This document shows, one piece after another, positions 57,935-64,000 of a stretch of 64,000 bases of DNA. This DNA comes from the human T2T-CHM13v2.0 reference genome, Homo sapiens. The notes beneath the pieces are model-generated. The model made no database searches. It saw only the letters and a list, made by a program, of their open reading frames with translations, and was not told where the DNA came from. Both the position numbers and the translations under genes were made by a program. Each line of letters starts with the position of its first letter. Within the stretch, counting starts at the first letter, position 1. The stretch lies in NCBI RefSeq assembly GCF_009914755.1, contig NC_060931.1; one strand, given 5' to 3'.

Positions 57935-60900
57935 TCCAAGATGGCTGACTGGAGACGTCAGAAGCCAGTTCTCTTCAGAAAGGGGATCAAAGTTACAGAC
58001 GAGTGGCCATGATCTGAATGGAAAGCTGAGAGAAGAGAGCCAGGACCTGTTGGAGTTCCCATGGAAATAAGCTGGGGTGTAGAAAAAGGAAAGCTACGAG
58101 AGTCTGGCAGAGACTGACTCTTAAGGAACTTAGAATTCGGCAGAAAGGGTAGGTGGGGGTGCTTCTCTACTCCCCTCCCTTCTGTGACAAACTGCTGACC
58201 ACTAAATTGTCAGAGAGCACCTCTGCCCTTGTGACCTTGGGCAATGCTGTTGGTGGCAATCTGAGAACTTCCTGAGGACAGAGCAGCAGTGGCCAGCTCC
58301 TCCAGGTGCACTCGGACTCCCCGCAGGCCTGCACTGAAATGGCAGGTGCCATACCGGCTGTGCACCCAGTGTAGGTCACTGCCTGCCTGAAGAACCTGCC
58401 TGTCTGTGTCACCAGACCCCTGCAAACATACCTTAGAACCCACTCTGACTTGGCAATGATAGGGGACTGATAGGGAGGATGCTGGGAAGCTCTGGGTACT
58501 CCAGAGAGCTAGCTCTTGGCAGAGGCCGCCCCGAGGGAAGGGGGAATACGGCCTGCCAAAGTGCCCCTTGGAACAAAGGAAATGCAGGCATGGTGCTGAT
58601 TTCTGAAAGGGGTAGCACCAGTGGCTGGGAAAGATCATGGAAAAGAGGCCATTTCCCACTTCCCCCACCCACCATTGTGGATGCAGAGCAGACTTCCCCT
58701 ACTGGGGCCTTGGGCAAGTGCACTTGGAGAAAGCCTTTTCAGTGCATTTCCAGATGGCCGCACCCCCAGTGAAAGTGAGCCTATGCCATTTGGGTTTGCA
58801 CAAAGGGCAGAGCCCATCTTCCCCTCCCTAAACAGAGTGGGCAGCATGGTGGCAACAGAGGACAGACAAGTCACAGAGCTGTCTGCTCTGGATTGGGGGA
58901 AGAAGCTGTGCCCCAAGGCCATTTTGCTGATAGCCACCAGAGAGGTCCTTTCACAGACCTCAGTCACACTGCAGACTGGAGTCAAAGGACAGCATCTATG
59001 TGAACTGAAGGTCACGAGTCCTGCAACAGGAAAGTGAATCACATCCCTGCCTATCTAGGATGGGAAGCTGCTGCAGCCCCCTAACCCTTATCCCCAAGAG
59101 CTCAGCACATCCTCCTCCTGTCACCCTTGTCAGGGCAGGTGCCTCCATTCATCATCCAGCTACCCAAGGGTAAGCCAGCTGTCATCCTTAAGTGCCACCT
59201 ACTGGACTGGAGACTGAAGACCAAATAAAAAACCTGCTGCAGAAGGGCATAGTGCTAATGTATGAGATAAACTTCTTGAGACCTCCACACTCCCAGCCCC
59301 ACAGAAGACAGTGTATCAGTTCATACACCCAATATACTGCTACAACAAGCAGTGTTTGAGAAAGCCACCACACAACAGATATCCATAACCAAGGAACCCA
59401 TGTAGAGCCTTGGCCTCCTGAAAGCACCTAGAAACAAAGCCAAACAATCATATACAACAAACTCCACAGCCATATCCTCAAGGGAAAAAAGAGTAAAAAT
59501 TTAAATGTCCCATCCAAAGGATGACTAATTTAAAAATAAGAAGTGACAGCTTCTTCACATGAGAAAGAATCAGCAGAAGAACTCTGGCAATACAAAAAGA
59601 CAGAGTGTTTTGACACCTTCAAAGGAGTGCAGTATGTTCCCTCAAACATATTTGAGGGAATGATTCAGAAAAGTTTTCCTGATCTTGATAGAGAAGTATT
59701 TATTCAGATACAAAAAACTCAGAGAACATCTGGGAGGTACTATATGAGATTAACATCATCAAGAAATATAATCAACAGAGTATCCAAGATCAACACTAAA
59801 GAAAAAATCTTAAAGGCAGCTAGAGAGAAGTGTCAAATTTACCTGCAAAGGAAATTCCAACAGACTAACAGTCAACTTCTCAGCAGAAACCTTATAAGCC
59901 AGAAAAGATTCGGGGCCTATTTTTAGCCTTCTTAAAGAAAAAAAAAATGCCAGCCAAGAATTTTATATCTTGTCAAGCTAAGCTTCATAAACGAAGGAGA
60001 AATAAAGTCTTTCCCAGACAAACAAATGTTAAAAGAATTTGTCACCACTAGACTGGTCATACAAGAAATGCTGAAAGGAGTTCTCAACATGGAAGGGGAA
60101 GGATGATACCACCATAAAAGCACACATAAGTACAAAGTTCACACATCCTATAAAGCAATTACACAACTGAGATTATAATGCAACTAGCTGATAACACTAT
60201 GATAGGAACAAAACCTCACATGTCAATATTAAACTTGAGCATAAATAGCCTTAATGTTCCACTTATAGATTAGAAAATTGGATTAAAAAAACAAAACCCA
60301 ACCATCTGCTGCATACAAGACACCCATCTAACATGTAATGACACCCACAGGCTCCAAGTAAAGGGGCTGGAAATGATATATGATGCAACTGGAAACAAAA
60401 AGAGCAGGAGTTGCTATCCTTATGTCAGATAAAACAGACTTTAAGCCAATAACATTAAAAAGACAAAGACAGCATTATATCATAACAAGAGTTCAATTCA
60501 ACAAGAAGATTTAACTATCCTATATATATATATGTAGATATATAGAGAGATACATATACATCCAACACCAGAGCACCCAGATTTATAAAATAAATGCTAC
60601 TAGACCTGAGAAAAGAGATAGTCATCACTACAATAATAATGGAGGACTTCAATACCCCACTGATAGCATCAGACTGATCACCAAGGCAGAAAACTAACAC
60701 AGAAACTCTGGACATAAATGTACTTCTGACCAAATGGACTTAATAGACATCTATAGAACATTCCACCCAACAACTGCAGAATATACAATCTTTTATCTGC
60801 ACATGGAACATTCTCCAAAATCAACCATATGCTTAGCCATAAAGCAAGTCTCAATAAATTCAAAGTCCTGAAATCATACCAAGCATCTTCTCAGACCACA

Positions 60901-61335
60901 GTGGAATAAAATTAGAAATAAATACCAGGAGAAACTCTAAAAACCACACAAATACTTGGGAATTAAACAACTTGCTCCTGAATAACTTTTGGGTAAATAA
61001 GAAATTAAGGTAAAAATAAAAAAATAGAAACAAATGAAAATAGAGACACAACATATCAAAACTTCTGGGATGCAGCAACAGCAATGCTAAGAGGAAAGTT
61101 TATACTGTTAAAATACTTACATCAAAAAGATATAAAGATCTCAAATTAACAATCTAACGTCACACCTCAAGGAACTAGAAAAATAAGAACAAACCAAACC
61201 TAAAGCTAGCAGAAGAAAAGACATAACAAAGATCAGAGCGGAACTAAATGAAATTGAAAATTAAAAAAAATCTTACGAAGGATCAACAAAACAGAAAGCT
61301 GGTTATTTAAAAGGATAAATAAAATTTATAGACTG
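57935..61335 (+). mobile_element. L1PB-like element: 5' UTR, deleted ORF1, ORF2 endonuclease region
   Basis: CAAGATGGCTGACT start; ORF1 remnant (KEKILKAAREK); ORF2 start ~60199 followed by EN-domain-like sequence with frameshifts. Confidence 0.85.
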
Positions 61336-61592
61336 CTATAATAATTAATATTAGGTGTCAACTTGACTGGATTGAGGGATGCCTAGATGGTTGGTGAAGT
61401 ATTGTTTCTAGGTGTGTCTGTGAGGTTGGTGCCAGAGGAGACTGACATTTGAGTCAGTGGACTGGGAGAGGAAGACCCCTCCTCAATGTGAATGGGCACC
61501 ATCCAATCAGCTGCCAGCATGGCTGGAACACCAAGTAGAAGAGGGGGATAAGCTTGCTTGCTCTGAGTTCTCTCTCCTCTCCTCTCTCTCTC

Positions 61593-61647
<55 letters not shown>

Positions 61648-61886
61648 CTGGATGCCTGCTTTCTCTCCTACTGCCCAAAACTCAAGGTTTTGGGACTTAA
61701 CACCAGTGGCCTCTTGGGGGCTCTCAGGCCTTTGGCATCACACAGAGCTTCATTGTCAGCTTCCCTGGTTTGAAGCTTTCAGACTTAGGCTGAGCCTTGC
61801 TACTGGTTTCTCTCTGTCCCCAGCTTGCAGATGGCCAATCGTGGGACTTTGCCTTGTAATTGCATAAGCCAATTTTCCCTAATAGA

Positions 61887-61890
<4 letters not shown>
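61336..61890 (+). mobile_element. MLT2A (ERVL) LTR inserted in the L1
   Basis: TTAATATTAGGTGTCAACTTGACTGGATTGAGGGATGCCTAGATGG..GAGTCAGTGGACTGGGAGAGG; internal (CT)n. Confidence 0.85.
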
Positions 61891-61971
<81 letters not shown>

Positions 61972-62187
61972 ATAAATATATAGACATAGATAGATAGCTA
62001 TAGAGATATATCTATCTATATCTATCTATCTAGCATCCAGCAATTACTCTCTCTCCCTCTCTCTATATCTATCTATAGATAGATAGATATAGAGATATAT
62101 CTGTATCTAACTATCTATCTATCTAGCTAGCTAGCTTTCTATCTATATAGAGAGAGAGAGAGACAGAGAGAGAGGAATCTATTAGGG

Positions 62188-62223
<36 letters not shown>

Positions 62224-62225
62224 CC
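61890..62225. repeat. Compound microsatellite (TC)n(TA)n(TG)n(TAGA/TCTA)n(GA)n
   Basis: Directly visible. Confidence 0.92.
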
Positions 62226-62234
62226 TATAAAAGT

Positions 62235-62520
62235 GAGAACACCACATGTTCTCACTTTTGAGTAGAAACTAACCAGTGGATACACATTGACATAAAGATG
62301 GAAATAATAGGCATTGGAGCTCCAAAAGTGGAGACGGAGAGGAGGCTGAAGGTTGGAAAATTATCTATTGGGTATAAAGTTCACTATTTGGGTGATGGTT
62401 TAATAGAAGCCCAAATCTTACCATTGCACAATATAACCATATAATAAACCTGCACATGTACCCTCTGGATCTAAAATAAAATTAAAAAATTTTAAATTAA
62501 AAAAATTCAAAAAATTAAAT
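62235..62520 (+). mobile_element. L1PB-like 3' UTR
   Basis: CATGTTCTCACTT..AACCTGCACATGTACCC..TCTAAAATAAAA and A-rich tail. Confidence 0.85.
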
Positions 62521-63326
62521 ATACACTAAGGTAAATTATACAAGCCATAAGTACAGAATAAAGACATATATATTTTAAATTTTAGCCAAATGATATTCTT
62601 CCATGGCTATGGAACACTTTATACTACAGTTAGAGAACAGCCATCTTCCTGGCATTTGCTCTTACAGAGACATTTGACTACAGGACCACTGAATTCAAGG
62701 CTTACTGATTTACCCCAAAGATGGAGAATAATAATTCTGATTCTGATTCATAAGCAGGTTTCTGCTTGACAGTTTTGATATATGCACATTCTGTAGACTG
62801 AGGGGGAAATGGATATTTATCATGAATTTACAATTTTCCAGACTGTATCTCAGGTGGTTTACATTTATTACACATTATTCTTCCAACAACCCTATTAAAT
62901 ATTCCCCCATTTTCAAGAAAAATTAACTAGTACTTCAAGTTTAAGTAACTCACCTAGTCAGTAAACAAGGACTGAAACAGTTTGTCTAACTCTAAATTCT
63001 GTGTTTTCTCACACCATCCCATAACCAAGAAGACCACACATCTCTCAAGTAAGGGAGTTCCACGGAAATTCTGAGACCTCCTAAATAATCTTTGGTTCCC
63101 AAGTGATGTTTGACAAAGAATGTGAGTGTATTCTTATAAACAGTTGATACATTCACTTAAATTGTTGGAATGCTACTCTTTAAAGTGAGATGCATAGATT
63201 ATAATTTTTTTTCTTTATTCATGTACACATACTATCTGGGCATCAAAGCAAACATATCACAAAATGCCTCTTAATCAATAGCAAATTATACAATAAAAAG
63301 ATATCAAGAAGAGTTTGGTTTGATAG

Positions 63327-63633
<307 letters not shown>

Positions 63634-64000
63634 GAATTTCTCTACATTACTTTTGCCTACTTTATTATTCTACATTATTTTGTCCTGTATTTGTTCTATA
63701 GATTTCATTTTTGTCCTGTGGATTTCATCGTTAAGTTATGTACAGGCTGGAAAAGTGGAAAAGATGACCAGTTGATCCATTGCACTACAGAACTACAACT
63801 GAGAACATTTAGAAGTTTCATTGATAGCTATGTTCACAAGTTAGAGATTAATCTGATCCCATGGCTGGAAGGACCATAGGGCCCAATGTTCTCATTTTAG
63901 AAGGGAGGAACTATTATAAAGTAGAAGCAGCACTAGAGACAGACTAGAGATTGGGTTTTAGTTTTGACTCTTCCACTAATTTGCTATGGAGCTGGAGGAA

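Noticed and set aside
57935-62520. Possible active full-length L1
   Set aside because: ORF1 and ORF2 are frameshifted and deleted, and the element is interrupted by MLT2A.

Overview
Human genomic DNA recognisable as the 5' end of the T-cell receptor gamma (TRG) locus, 7p14, followed by the 3' end of amphiphysin (AMPH). All protein-coding elements are on the - strand. 1-23.6 kb is a tandem array of ~4.3-4.8 kb units, each holding one TRGV1-subgroup segment: TRGV5P (partial, stop at leader codon 3), TRGV5, TRGV4, TRGV3, TRGV2 (intact leader, V exon and 23-RSS) and TRGV1 (open frame but RSS spacer cut to 9 nt). 23.6-38.6 kb is repeat-rich spacer with + strand splice and polyA signals compatible with the known antisense lncRNA TRG-AS1. 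38.6-64 kb holds the last four AMPH exons (SH3 domain), the 3' UTR and a repeat-filled intron. This is a well-studied locus and I see no wholly new gene system. The most interesting sequence-level observations are: a co-oriented CTCF motif upstream of every V promoter; an L1 insertion-with-deletion marking only TRGV2/TRGV4 promoters; an in-frame, stop-free leader intron unique to TRGV2; mosaic (conversion-like) duplication units; and an inverted duplication at a deleted L1/LTR junction. Gene names come from recognising the translated sequences; repeat subfamily calls are by eye.
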